A stretch of DNA of 63,989 nucleotides, filler included, from Perkinsus olseni (Eukaryota): assembly GCA_013115125.1 (NCBI GenBank). It is 6 parts of 6 records of this genome, joined end to end, with 100 filler letters (N's around TTAATTAATTAA, not from the genome) between each part and the next. Parts side by side here need not be neighbours in the genome. Positions count along the whole stretch, not along the records: positions 33,512 to 44,552 come from JABANN010000843.1; positions 44,653 to 55,687 come from JABANN010000844.1; 4 more parts are not named here. The stretch is one strand, 5' to 3'. A program made the position numbers and the translations under genes. The notes beneath the pieces were generated by a model. That model was not told the DNA's origin, did not search any database, and was given only the letters and a program-made list of their open reading frames with translations. This document shows, piece after piece, positions 40,619-52,064 of the stretch. The first letter of the stretch is position 1; each line of letters begins with the position of its first letter.

Positions 40619-40812
40619 AACCAACGACGGGCGGACAGCAACCGGGAAGGCAAGTGTGACCAAAAGCAAAGGACTCGCTCGCCCGTATGATCTATCCGAA
40701 GGTAGCGTGGATTTTCCAAAGTCGAAATCTCGCTCGCCCAGATGATCGATAAAGTTGCAGCGAGCCCCTGAGAGGCCCTAGATCAGCCCCCTACCTCCGA
40801 TCGAGACTCAGT

Positions 40813-41370
40813 ATGCCTACTAAGCGTCGTAATAACGGACGTTCCAAGCACGGACGCGGCCACACCTGCATCTTGAGGTGCTCTAACTGCGCCAGGGCCG
40901 TCCCTAAGGTACTAACTCTGGGATATACTACTATTCTTATGGGTACGTCTTGAATGGTTGTAGAGTTGTCGAAGTTGGGTGGAATAACGCTAGCAGTACG
41001 TCGAACAGAGGCTTAGTCGTTCGGAGCTGACGTTGGATAGAGAGATCGGGCTTCGTCTGATGGGTTTGAACTCCTCGTTGTTATTCAGGATAAGGCCATC
41101 AAGCGCTTCAACGTGAGGAACATCGTCGATGCCTCCTCCCAGAGGGATATCCGCGAGGCCTCTGTCTACCAGTCCTACGCCCTCCCTAAGCTTTTCATCA
41201 AGCAGGTGAGATCGGCGGAGTACAACCACCTCTTCGGCTGACGTCACGTATTGCCTTCTCAGGTGTACTGCGTGTCCTGCGCTATTCACGCTCGTGTCGT
41301 TCGTGTGCGTTCCGCCGAGAACCGTCGCGTCCGTGAGGCCCCTCCCCGCCGTGCTCCCCAGAGGAACTAA
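40813..41370 (+). CDS. RPS26: 40S ribosomal protein S26 (eS26), spliced
   Basis: [48 protein letters not shown]. Confidence 0.97.
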
Positions 41371-41702
41371 GCTGCTGTTGTTGTTGGAGCTGCTGTTTTG
41401 TGACCATTAATACTGTATGATGGCTGCTTGACAAGTACTACTACTACGACGTGCTGTCATCAGTGGCATTGCTGACGACAACAATGATGTTGATGTTGGA
41501 AGCGCTACTGAGTAGTCGGCCGCTGAGGCTACGGGACTTTGTATTCGCGAGTTGTGTTGGGTTACACGCATATTGGGGTGGTGACACTGGGGCAGGGAAT
41601 GGATAGTGACTGAGGGCGCTATTTCCTGAGCTAAATTTCGACAGGCCCTCGACGTGAACAGACAGCATGGTGAGGTGTCGTTGAGCGGTAATCCTCGTAG
41701 GC

Positions 41703-43016
41703 ATGAGTGTGCCTTTATACTCCTCTGTCCCTATGAAGGAGATGCCCGTCATCAAAGTATCATCAACCGACTCGAGAAGCTCCATCGATCTGCCCAGTTC
41801 GGCTGCCCCGGAGAGGATGGGCGTACGGTCGTACATAGCATTGGGTGTTCTCCTCATGCTTGGTATCTCCGCCTGGGTTGGTGTTAATGCCGTCTATGCG
41901 CAGCTCTTCGCCATCGTACCACACCAACCGGAGTCCTTTAGTCTGGCTTCCTATCTGACTGTAGTCGCCCAATGCGCCAATATAGTCATACCTATCTACA
42001 CCTTCATTCCTCGGAAACCTTCCTTGTGGGTAACTGTTCTGGTAGTTCTCTTCCTGAGTGCGGTCGCTATGTTTTTGATGTCAGGGCTGTGGGCAAAAAC
42101 CGCGGTCGTTTTCGGAGCGCCTAGATCGGTTGGCCTTATGTCTACCTGTTTTCTCCTTTCCTTGAGTGACATTCTGTCCAACTTGGTATTCTTCTCCTAC
42201 GCCGCTGCCTACGGCCCGAGCTCGTCGTACTTGGCCTCACTAGCCACAGGAGAAGTCCTTTCGAGTGCCGCTGCCTCGCTCGTAGTACTCATCCAGAAAG
42301 GCATCGGATTTGGTCCTGCTACCTACTTTGCCGTAATAGGTGCATACAGCACGCTCTGCGCCATCGCCTTCATTTCACTGCACTTCTATATAATTTACGT
42401 GTCGGGCGGTTGCTACCGGTCATCGAGGATCGTTCGTTTTTCAGCTCGGGGAATAGACCATTCATCGGTCTTTTCTCGTTGATGGCTTGGCTGTCACTTA
42501 TACAAAATTCTGTAACTTTGGTATTTTTACCGTTTGCCGCCCGGGCCTATCCAGGCTCCTACGGCTTAGCAACAAATTTGCTCTTCGTCTGTCGCCCAGT
42601 GGCGTCTCTAACAGCTGCAGCATTACTCGGGTCGAGGCATAGTGAGAGTCGTGCGATGAGAATCCTGGACGTTATAGCATTCACGGCCTGGAATTTCGGC
42701 GGGTAAGTGACCAATGAGATCAAAGCACTCTTACAGCGAGTTCGCCTTTTTCAGGCTATTCATGATCACTCTGTCGTACATCCCACCTCATCAGCTTCCC
42801 CTCTCTGGAGAAGCAGTCGGCACTGTGGCCTTCACGGCCATCGTAGTGTTCAGCGGGTCCACTATTTCCTTTAGTAAAGTGGCTACTCTACTTCGCCTAG
42901 GGCGCCATAACTCTCAGGGAGTCCTAAAGAATACAGGTATATGCATCCAGGCAGGCTCCTTGGTTGGGGCTCTGCTTTGCTTCCTAGTTGTCCACCTCTG
43001 CGAGCCACCGACGTGA
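41703..43016 (+). CDS. SLC52-like riboflavin transporter, copy 1, spliced
   Basis: GISAWVGVNAVYAQL..PESFSLASYLTVVAQCANI; multiple TM segments; C-terminal GICIQAGSLVGA. Confidence 0.8.
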
Positions 43017-43621
43017 GTGAACAGACCACCGTTTTCAAACCAAGGTCTGAATGTTACGACATCTCAGTAAGAAACTGTCGCACCAGAAGACAGCTGTGGG
43101 CACGGCTTTCCATCAGTAGTCGCAGAAACCAGACCTTTCAGCGCAGTAGTTTTTTTTTTGCTGAGGCAGTCTTTCTGACCATTATGACTGTCCTCAACGG
43201 ACTATCGGATATTGCGGGCTTTGTCCTTGATGATCACTACAGTAGCATTGTGCAGTGGCAAAGTCTCATATCCCCTCATGACGTGTTGGGTCTACAAATA
43301 TCCGCTGAGAGGATACTCAGAGCCTCCGGGGAGGTGGTAATAGGGAAGGGGGGTTACTTCAGGATGGATGATAATTGATGAGCCTCTTGGCACCCGGCTA
43401 CCCATTCCCAGTCCACGCCAGGGATCGCAACGCATTAAAGCCGTTACGGCTTTCCGGCGTCCAACTGGGAATAGGTTCCACCGGCTAGCGTGTCGAGTGA
43501 TGCTTACTCGCTGCTCCCCCTTCACAGTCTCCATCAGGGCCTGTGTTGATCCCCACCGTCAGTGCGGCTCCTTCAGGCTTGTTTGTATATGGACCCTGCC
43601 ATACTGATTTGAACCCCAGCC

Positions 43622-44552
43622 ATGCCCGTATCACCGTCCTCAAACTCGCTGGGAGTCGACTCACCAGCCGAGGACCAGCATCCTACCTTAACCAGTCATC
43701 GGCCTTCGGGATCTGAGGATGTTTCTGATCCTACGGCCAAAAGAACTTTCACGCTCAGGCTTCCTACAGCAGGCAAGGCTTCTCCATTGGCTTTGGTCCT
43801 CTTCGCCATGCTTGGAGTATCAGCATGGATTGAAACCAACGCCTTGTTCTCCGAGCTGTGGGCCGTGGCTCCTGTTCTGCCTGAGTCGTGGAATCTAGCA
43901 TCATATTTGGTAGTAATAATCCAGTTGGGTAACATAGCCCCTCTGGTCTACTCCTACCTCCCCAAGCCACCATTATGGATAGCTATGCTTATTGTACTTC
44001 TATCCAGTGGATTCTCTATGTTTTTGGCCTGCGGCATTTGGGATATCACAGCCAACGTCTTCGGTGCTGAGCATTCTGTTGGTCTCCTAGTTGCGGCATT
44101 TGTAGCGTCGATGAGTGACTGCCTGTCTAACCTGGTGTTTTGGCCCTATGCCGGTGCCTTCAGCTCCCATCCAGGTTACGTCGCCGCCCTAGCCACCGGT
44201 GAGAGCCTCTCAAGTGCGGCCAGTGCGGCCGTTGTCGCCATACAAAGTGCATGTGGCTTCAACCCTACCGTCTATTTTGCTATTATTGGTAGCATCGTCA
44301 TGTTCTGTACCGCTGGCTTCTTCATGCTCCACTTTGGGTACAGCGGTAAGGCCATGCATGACTTCGTGCGCGAGGACCAGACTCCCGATACCCCTGCGTC
44401 GTCATCCTCAGCATCACAGAGAGAGCACAGCCTCTTCTCTCGAGAGAGCAAGCGGTTCCTCGGTTTCTACCTTCTTATCGGCTGGCTCTCCTTCGTACAG
44501 AATGCGTTAACTCCCACATTCCTCCCCTTCGCTGGCAGGGCATACCCGTCCG
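43622..44552 (+). CDS. SLC52-like riboflavin transporter, copy 2 (truncated by contig edge)
   Basis: GVSAWIETNALFSEL..LPESWNLASYLVVIIQLGNIAPL, DCLSNLVFWPY, ATGESLS; colinear with copy 1. Confidence 0.82.
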
Positions 44553-44652
44553 NNNNNNNNNNNNNNNNNNNNNNNNNNNNNNNNNNNNNNNNNNNNTTAA
44601 TTAATTAANNNNNNNNNNNNNNNNNNNNNNNNNNNNNNNNNNNNNNNNNNNN
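44553..44652. other. Assembly linker
   Basis: N run with TTAATTAATTAA. Confidence 0.98.
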
Positions 44653-44716
44653 TCTAATACCTCATTATACAGTGATACTATTCCGAGGCGGAAAGGTGGA
44701 GTCGAGTTGGCTAATT

Positions 44717-45421
44717 CTAGTACAGCCGGGGAGGAAGGGAGCCGGGTAATTGTTTTCCGTAGTTATTATCTTCAGACCAGATAGAACGACAGACGGCTTT
44801 GAAGCGATCGAGGAGATGCTGCACGGGCTGACCGCCTCGAGCACGTGTCAGCTCGTAAATTCTGGTGTCTCTCTTCTCTGATAGACGGTACAACATATAA
44901 CCAGTGTCCCCTCCACCATCACAGTGAAACCTCACAAAAACATGTCCATCTGGGTGAATGTCGAACTGTTGCTTGATAGGTGATAACGGGGTATCGGACA
45001 TGAAGTTTCCCCCTATGAGCGGCCGCCACCGGCGCTTTAGGGTGATCTTTCTACCACCCAGCTGGGATGTGATGTCACCCTCCTTGTCGAGACCAAGCTC
45101 CTGGAGATCAGGAGATTCGATGGCAATTTTAGTGCAAGCAATTTGAAGAGACTTGAGCAAATGACCGTACGTGTGGGTTTCCCGGCTGGTTTCCGGAAAT
45201 CTATGGAAAATAGCGCTATCCTCTTCGCTCCCGCTCGGCTCGAACCAATTCGTTCGGTATTTGGCGCTTCCACATTTAACAGAAAGTTCAGCATGACCAC
45301 TTCTAGTCATCAAAGCCACTTCAATAGCAGGTTTCTTGGACGTGTAAAGGTAGTGACCATCCGGGATAGCAACGACCATGGTGATAGCCGCCCAGAGAAG
45401 AATGACGAAGGACAAAATCAT
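44717..45421 (-). CDS. Secreted lineage-specific hypothetical protein
   Basis: Signal-peptide-like MILSFVILLWAAITMVVA inside a 278-aa ORF; two internally similar halves, each with a Cys pair. Confidence 0.55.
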   Translation of the reverse strand: MILSFVILLWAAITMVVAIPDGHYLYTSKKPAIEVALMTRSGHAELSVKCGSAKYRTNWFEPSGSEEDSAIFHRFPETSRETHTYGHLLKSLQIACTKIAIESPDLQELGLDKEGDITSQLGGRKITLKRRWRPLIGGNFMSDTPLSPIKQQFDIHPDGHVFVRFHCDGGGDTGYMLYRLSEKRDTRIYELTRARGGQPVQHLLDRFKAVCRSIWSEDNNYGKQLPGSLPPRLY

Positions 45422-45721
45422 TGCTGAATAGAGGCGCTGAAACGCTGGTTGAGAAACGGTAAATGAGATGACTATGAGACGCATCTGGGGCCCCAAAGCA
45501 CTAGTGTGCAGTAGCGGAGAGAAAGGGAGACTTATCAAGTCTGCAATGAACAATGAGCTATCGATACGATAAACGGTCTCGCGTCACCAGCGAGTGAACG
45601 CACGACTGCAGCATTTCAAGCTTCGAAGCACTACTGTTATAGCGCAGCATGAGTTTGAGATGTCTGTAGCTGACGAGGCTGTGCAGTGGCGGGCAAAAGA
45701 GAGACTTGCACTATAAGAGTA

Positions 45722-46447
45722 CTCGAGACGAGGGTCGAAGAAAGGTAAAAGCAGTTTTGATGGGATTTAAGCGATAGTGGGCTGTATAGCTTACTGAGCT
45801 AAGCTTAGTGTAGCACGTACACTCATGCAGCGACTCCATGCGTGACGCGATTGCCAAGCGCAGAATGAGCTCAGACGGAGATCTGATACTAATGATACGC
45901 AGTAGAAGTAGTGGCAAGTACTGAAGCAGGCTGTGGCTGTTGCACGGCCTACACTGTAGTCGTCACTATGCTGTTGTTATAGTGCAGACTGATGATCAGG
46001 TTTGCAGTAAACAGTGAGCCATCGATCAACGGGGTGTTGTACGTTTGTGTTCCCAATCAGTCGGTCCCTACAAAAGAGCTCAGATGAGATCGTGCTACAT
46101 AGTCCAATGCACCCCAAGGTGGTATTATTGTCATCGGATGAACAAATGTATGCAAGCGAGTCGCACGCAACAAGCGACACGCGCACGTCGTGTGCGTGTA
46201 ATACACGCGCACTGTACAGCCTGGTTCAATACTACTCAGCTGTAAAACCCCCAACGCTGCGTTTACTTTTACTGCTACTGCGTACCATTAGTATCAGATA
46301 ACCGTCTGATCTCACTATGCGCCTTGCACTCGCGTGCATGAGTATACGTGCTACACTAAGCTGAGCTAGCTCAGTGAGCTGTAAATCACATTATTGCTTA
46401 GCTGCCACCTAGTCCAATTTTACCTCTCTTTGAACCCCGTCTCAAAT
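45722..46447. mobile_element. Degenerate long inverted-repeat (foldback/MITE-like) element
   Basis: 45722-45910 is an imperfect reverse complement of 46270-46447 (e.g. AGCTTAGTGTAGCACGTA / TACGTGCTACACTAAGCT; ATCTGATACTAATG / CATTAGTATCAGAT). Confidence 0.65.
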
Positions 46448-46955
46448 AGCCCACTGTACGGAGTTGTAGTGTACACGAACCTATCTCGCGGATTATTGCT
46501 ACATGAAACGTGTTGCAATTAGTGAGGAATTTTGCAAACGTAGGCGCGTGTAACACCGGTGACGAATAACTCGTGACCACCGGTGGGACTTTTTCCCCGG
46601 ATCACGGACTGAAGAGCGGCAGAAACCGCGGGAGATGGGGACTGAGTCCCCATTGGGGAGTTCCCTCCGGATTCTCAGAGGGTAGTCGAACTGAATTCTC
46701 GACTCGCAGAACCCTGCAAGGAACCAGAAACGGCTCTCCGAAAGCTGTTCCGACTGATCGCTGGTGGCACCATTCTAAGACTCTTCTCCAGCTGACTGTC
46801 AAATGGTGGGCCACGCAGACGAAAGGTGGAATGAGGCTAAGACCCTCGCAATTGAGGCAGGGAAGCCTCTGAAGCCGAACTGTGGAAAGTGGGCGATTCA
46901 CTCGGGCATACGTGCCTCGAAGCCCAAGAGGATGAGGGGGAAGACATTTACGAGA

Positions 46956-47037
46956 CGACAGCGGCAGGATTCGAACCTGCGCAGGCGGAGCCTAGTGGAT
47001 TTCGAGTCCACCTCCTTAACCACTCGGACACGCTGTC
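46956..47037 (-). tRNA. tRNA-Ser (CGA)
   Basis: 82-nt cloverleaf: acceptor GACAGCG/CGCTGTC+G, anticodon arm GTGGA-CTCGAAA-TCCAC, long variable arm, T arm GCAGG-TTCGAAT-CCTGC. Confidence 0.96.
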
Positions 47038-47149
47038 CCTGCTCAGAATCAAATGTATGGTCGAAGTCTCTAGCATTCGACACTGAGGAAGCTCTAGACT
47101 CGCAGGGGATGAGGAGTGCCCGCTCAGGTTGTGGGTTACAATGACAACT

Positions 47150-49100
47150 CAGGTGAACCCATTCTCAAACTCCATTCGGATTGACCAGGGCTCCGAGTGG
47201 AATGTGAGTTTCTCTTAGGCCGCGACTTCGATCTGCGGTTGGTGTTGCGCACGGCACTCTCTGAGAAGGGCTCCTCGTTGAATCCCAACCTACATCGTGA
47301 ATACGCTCACGGTCGTTAGTTGCGACCGCTCCATTCGCATGGACCAAGCGGATCAAGGTAAACACGCGCGTGCCGCGGCTGCAGAATCACTCATCCCATC
47401 GAACTATGGGTGTGATTTAGTTCATGATATCCCATTCGTAGTGACTCATTCCTTGATGGTCAAGTCCGTAGTCAATGACTCCCTAGAGTTGACACTGGGG
47501 AGAATAGAGCTTGAGCCAAGAGACACCGCAGCTCCTTATCCGCCTGCCGAGACTCTTGGCCCAAGAAAGCAAGTTGGCCCGGTCCTCATAAGGAGCGCCT
47601 CACCTTCCTCATCACTTGGCTCTGATACTCCGTCAGGCTGACCGCGGTGCGGCAGCTGGAGAGCATCCTCAAAGCTCAACTCCTTCCATATCGAACTGAG
47701 ACGCTCGACAGGAGAGTTGATTTCGATCGGCTTTGGGATTCCTCACGCATAAGACCCCTCCTGGATGTACCCTGCAACCTGTTGTGCCATTTGTTGCCTG
47801 AGACTGTTCACCTAGGGGACATAGCCATTCACTGGCATCGGGTGTTCACTTCTTCCACACCGATTCGAAGACATCTAGAAGCGTCCTTCACATTGTGATG
47901 CATCAGGTAGGTGGCAAGGAGTCCTCTGGGCTGTGTGCCGCATCCTGTGTCCCCAGCAATCCGAGCTCTAGTAAGCAGTATGAAGTCTCGGTGCTCCCAC
48001 AAGGCGACACTCTGCCGGGAGCTATTTTTTGGCTGCAACGACGCCTGGGGTTTCCACATCGGGGGACCTCAGATGTGGGAGCCTCACCTTATCCTCTTCA
48101 AGAGGACCTCTTGCTTCTGACTTGCTTCTGCTTAGTCGAATTCCCGGACTAAATTCTTTATAGAGAAACAGACCTAGTCATAGTACTTCGTACTTCATGG
48201 ACATGGGGTTCTCGAACCAGAACTAGTTGCTCGACAGTGTTGGCCAACACACCATCACCATAGTAGACCAAGGTCCGTGAGATGGTTCTCGATCACTGGG
48301 CGGCCGATGGGATGGTGAAACGGAGGTAGGATGCTGGAGATTGCCGGCTCGACCGGACCGGGTAGGAGTCAGGCAGTTCTCTAGTGTCCTACTGAACAGT
48401 GGTGGATAGTTGACTGCCGCCAGATTAGGCGGCCCACTTACTAGCTCTGACACTGATGAATGATGAATCAGGTCATTCACTGTTCACTCTCCCAACCTCT
48501 GCATCATGGGAATTTCGTCACTTTGTATCTGCGTACAGCAGCACGCAGACGCACATCTTGAACCTCTTGGATTTCTCGGACTTTCCCAACGACCTCTCCC
48601 TGAGAAACGGATGAGAATCCAACTCGAGCCTACTCTATGTTGTTTCCTTCGTTGTGTACACAGCCGCGGGATTGTATCATCACCCTTCTTGCCTTGCTGA
48701 GCCAGCGAACCTTCAATGCTTGAATACGGTGATAGGTCCACCTGTAGGCGAACTTCAGTTGATTTGGAATTTCGTCTACCTAGGGTTGGCCAGAAGAATT
48801 TTAAGGCTGCAATAACACGAACGTGCCAACCGTTGCTGTACAGGCTGTCGGAAAACTTAGGCTACAGAACGTTGTTCTTCTATCGTTGAGGAAATGTCGG
48901 ATGTTGCAGCATCTGTTGATCTTAGACGACGATGGGAAACTAGGGAGGAGCATGGGTTTGGACAACGTTGACGGTGTTGACGGAATGAGGGGTCCCGTAT
49001 TGCTGTCACTCGCGCTTGGATTCGCACCATTGCTCTTGATCCGCCACCTCACGAATCGGAATCAACTAGTTACCCTGGTGAAGGTGTACATGAGTACAAG
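47150..49100 (-). CDS. Hypothetical intron-rich gene (limits approximate)
   Basis: Run of short exon-like segments with GT..AG boundaries; no family recognised. Confidence 0.3.
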
Positions 49101-49360
49101 AGCAGAGCATCATCATACTCGCCACTAGGCTTTGCGTTGCATAGTATTCATCACAGGTAGGGTGATCATCGTTGGTATCAAGGGCTGAGCATGGACACTG
49201 ATGTGAATGCAGTGAGCTACGCGGCGCAAGAACAGATGCATTCAATCTACTGTTCCCTCGCATCCGGCCCGCTTTGGAGGAAAGTCCTGTCATCTTCACG
49301 ACGACTCTCCCCTTCCCATATCGCCTTCAGTGGAGCCACTGTAGACCATCCCTGGTCGTA

Positions 49361-51177
49361 ATGTCTGTTCTACTCGACACCACCGTTGGTGAAATAGTGA
49401 TAGACTTGGAGGTCAAGAAGGCGCCGAGGAGCTGCGAGAACTTCGTACTAGGGGAGAGGGAGCGTGGCACGGGAAGGGTGACTGTTCAGGTTAAATTGTG
49501 CAAACTGAAGGCTTACAACAATGCACTCATTCACACAGTGCAAGCGGATTTTATTTGTGAAATTGGCGGCCCTGAGGACAACACGTGTGCAGCCCATCGG
49601 TTGGCTATGATGAAGGGAAAGGAGGCACCAGCCTTCATCGACGACGAAATTCGGCCGGACCTGAAGCACGACAGACTTGGTAATCTCGGGGGGCTTCAGG
49701 ATCCTTGTTAATTGCGCGACTTGAATGTTGTCCTCCTCCCTGCATTCGCTTTGACTCCAGGTACCGTGGCTATGGCGTCGACCGGCCCTGGAGAGAACGG
49801 GGTGCAGTTCTACATCACGCTGAGGGATGAGGTGTCTTACCTCGATGGCAAACATTCAATATTCGGGTAAATTTCAGTGGGTAAATCATCCTGCCCAAAA
49901 CCGTCATATCAAAGATACGTCCCTGAGGGAGATGGTGATGACGTGTTGCGGAAGATCAATGAAGTGTTCGTTGATGAGGAGAACCACCCCTACAATCCAA
50001 TACGTATTAAACATACCGCGGTAGTGTAGAAATCACCACGCTCCTCTCTTCATAAGCCCCGGAGTGTTCATCAGGTCCTGGACGATCCATTCCCAGACCC
50101 AGCAGATTGGCCAGCGGAGGAGCCTCCCAGCCCAGACGAGGTCATCGATGAGAAGCTACAGACTGATCTCGACGACCAGGAGGAGGTGTGTATTGAACCC
50201 CGTGGGCGGGGAGAGAGTTTTGCCGCTTTTAGGAGGAAATTGAAGAGCGTCGAGCAAACGCCCAGGCCCAGGCCCAGTCGATCGGCTTGGAGCTGATGGG
50301 GGACCTGCCGGATGCAGAGGTAGTCTGTTGGGCACCGACGAAGTCCTGGCTGACGAAGCGAAGCCGTGTTTCAGGCTAGGGCATCAGACAAGGAGCTTTT
50401 CGTGTGTCAACTGAATGAGGTCACAGAAGATGAAGATCTCCGGACGATATTCGAGCGTTTTGGGCCGGTAAGCTGATCACTATCCTGCACCCGACCATAT
50501 CGTCTTGAAACTGGCGCTGATCAGATCAAGAGTTGCGATGTGGTGCGAGACTTCAAGACTGGAGAGAGTCTCCAGTACGCTTTCATAGAGTTCGAGACGA
50601 AAGAAGCGTGCGAGATGGCATATGTAAAAATGCAAAACGTTGTTATTGATGACAAGAGAATCAAGGTAATGACCATCGCTCGGCAGCAACCTGGCCAGTG
50701 ATCGTTTCACTGCAGGTGGACTTCTCACAGAGTGTCAGCAAGCAGTGGAAGGAGATACGCCAGAAACAACGAGAGGAGTTACGAAGAGCAGCGAGAGGAG
50801 AGAAGCCACGAAGACATGATGACGAGTAGGTTGGCGAGGCTTTGAACCATTGGGGCTATGTGGATACTGTAGTCGACGTGAGAGGAAGGACCGAGATGGC
50901 GGCAGATATCGTGATCGACGAGGAAGTGGTGACTACCGAAGGCATGAGAGGAGAAGAAGCCGGTCCCGTGAGGGGGCGAGGGACAGTCCGCGGCACTATA
51001 AACGGAGTCGACACGACAGGGAGTGAGTAGATAGCGCGACGTCGCGAGGCTTGGCACCGTAGAGCTGCATTCAGGCGGGAGGTTGCATATGGGAGAGATC
51101 ATCAGGGAGGATACCATAGTCGCAGAAGGAGTGACGAAAGGTCGAGATCTCGAGAGAGGGAGCGCCAGCACCGTTAG
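49361..51177 (+). CDS. PPIL4: Cyclophilin-RRM-RS protein (PPIL4/CYP59), spliced
   Basis: [104 protein letters not shown], Arg/Asp/Ser-rich tail. Confidence 0.93.
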
Positions 51178-52064
51178 TGATATCCTTTACTTTTGTGTTA
51201 CGAGTAGTTGAGGAATAACAGAATTTTGGTGGGTCTACCAGATTTCTCTATGAAACAGTGTAACGGAAGTTCTATGATCGTGTGAGGAGACTTGACACCC
51301 TCTCACGGGAAGGAGGCGGTTTAAGTAACTTCTTCGTCGAACCCCTGGCCAGAGTCTATGCAGTCTATGAGGTAGACTGGCTCCATGCAAACTCGACAAC
51401 ACAAAACCCGTTGCAACTGGAAAAGTAAACGCGCGATGGCTACACGCCATTACACCACCGACTGAGCCAAGGTCGAAAGGTTCGAAGAGAACAGTCGTAA
51501 TATACGGCCGTCGGCGAGAGCTCAACGAAAGAATCCACGGACACATTCGCACAGGAGCAAATGGTTGCATCATGGACCTGGAAAATCGTTTTGGTGACCG
51601 GTAACAACAGTATCGAAAAACCAAGAATCCAGACAAAAACCGAGGACGGACAAATCTTACTCACGTACCTCGTCTGGCATAGCCAAGGCTCACCTTGTGC
51701 ACTGGCAGGACCGACTCCCTCACAAGAATATAGGAATTCGGCGACCAACGCAGAGTGACGAGCAGTCAGCAGCAAATATCATAATCAGAAGGTAGGAGAA
51801 GATGGATAATAGTAATCATCTACGACCCAAGATAGTCGAAGAAGCACGATAAGATCGCCGAGGACTGAGCCAGACCAGAACTTTCCCTGGTGACTCTAGT
51901 CCTCGGAGCAGGGAGGTCGTGCTCGAAGCTTCGGCTAGGGCGACCTACAACTAGTCGCAGAAAATTGGTGCGCAATTACACCGAAGACAAATTGGGATCG
52001 TAGTGTATCCATGATAGAAGAGTAAGACTAAATATAGAACACGAGAACATAGCATAATATACTT

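Noticed and set aside
46575-46665. RNase MRP/P RNA (GAAAAAGUCCC and AAUGGGGACUCA-like motifs)
   Set aside because: On the minus strand the CR-V-like motif precedes the CR-I-like motif, and local palindromes explain the match.
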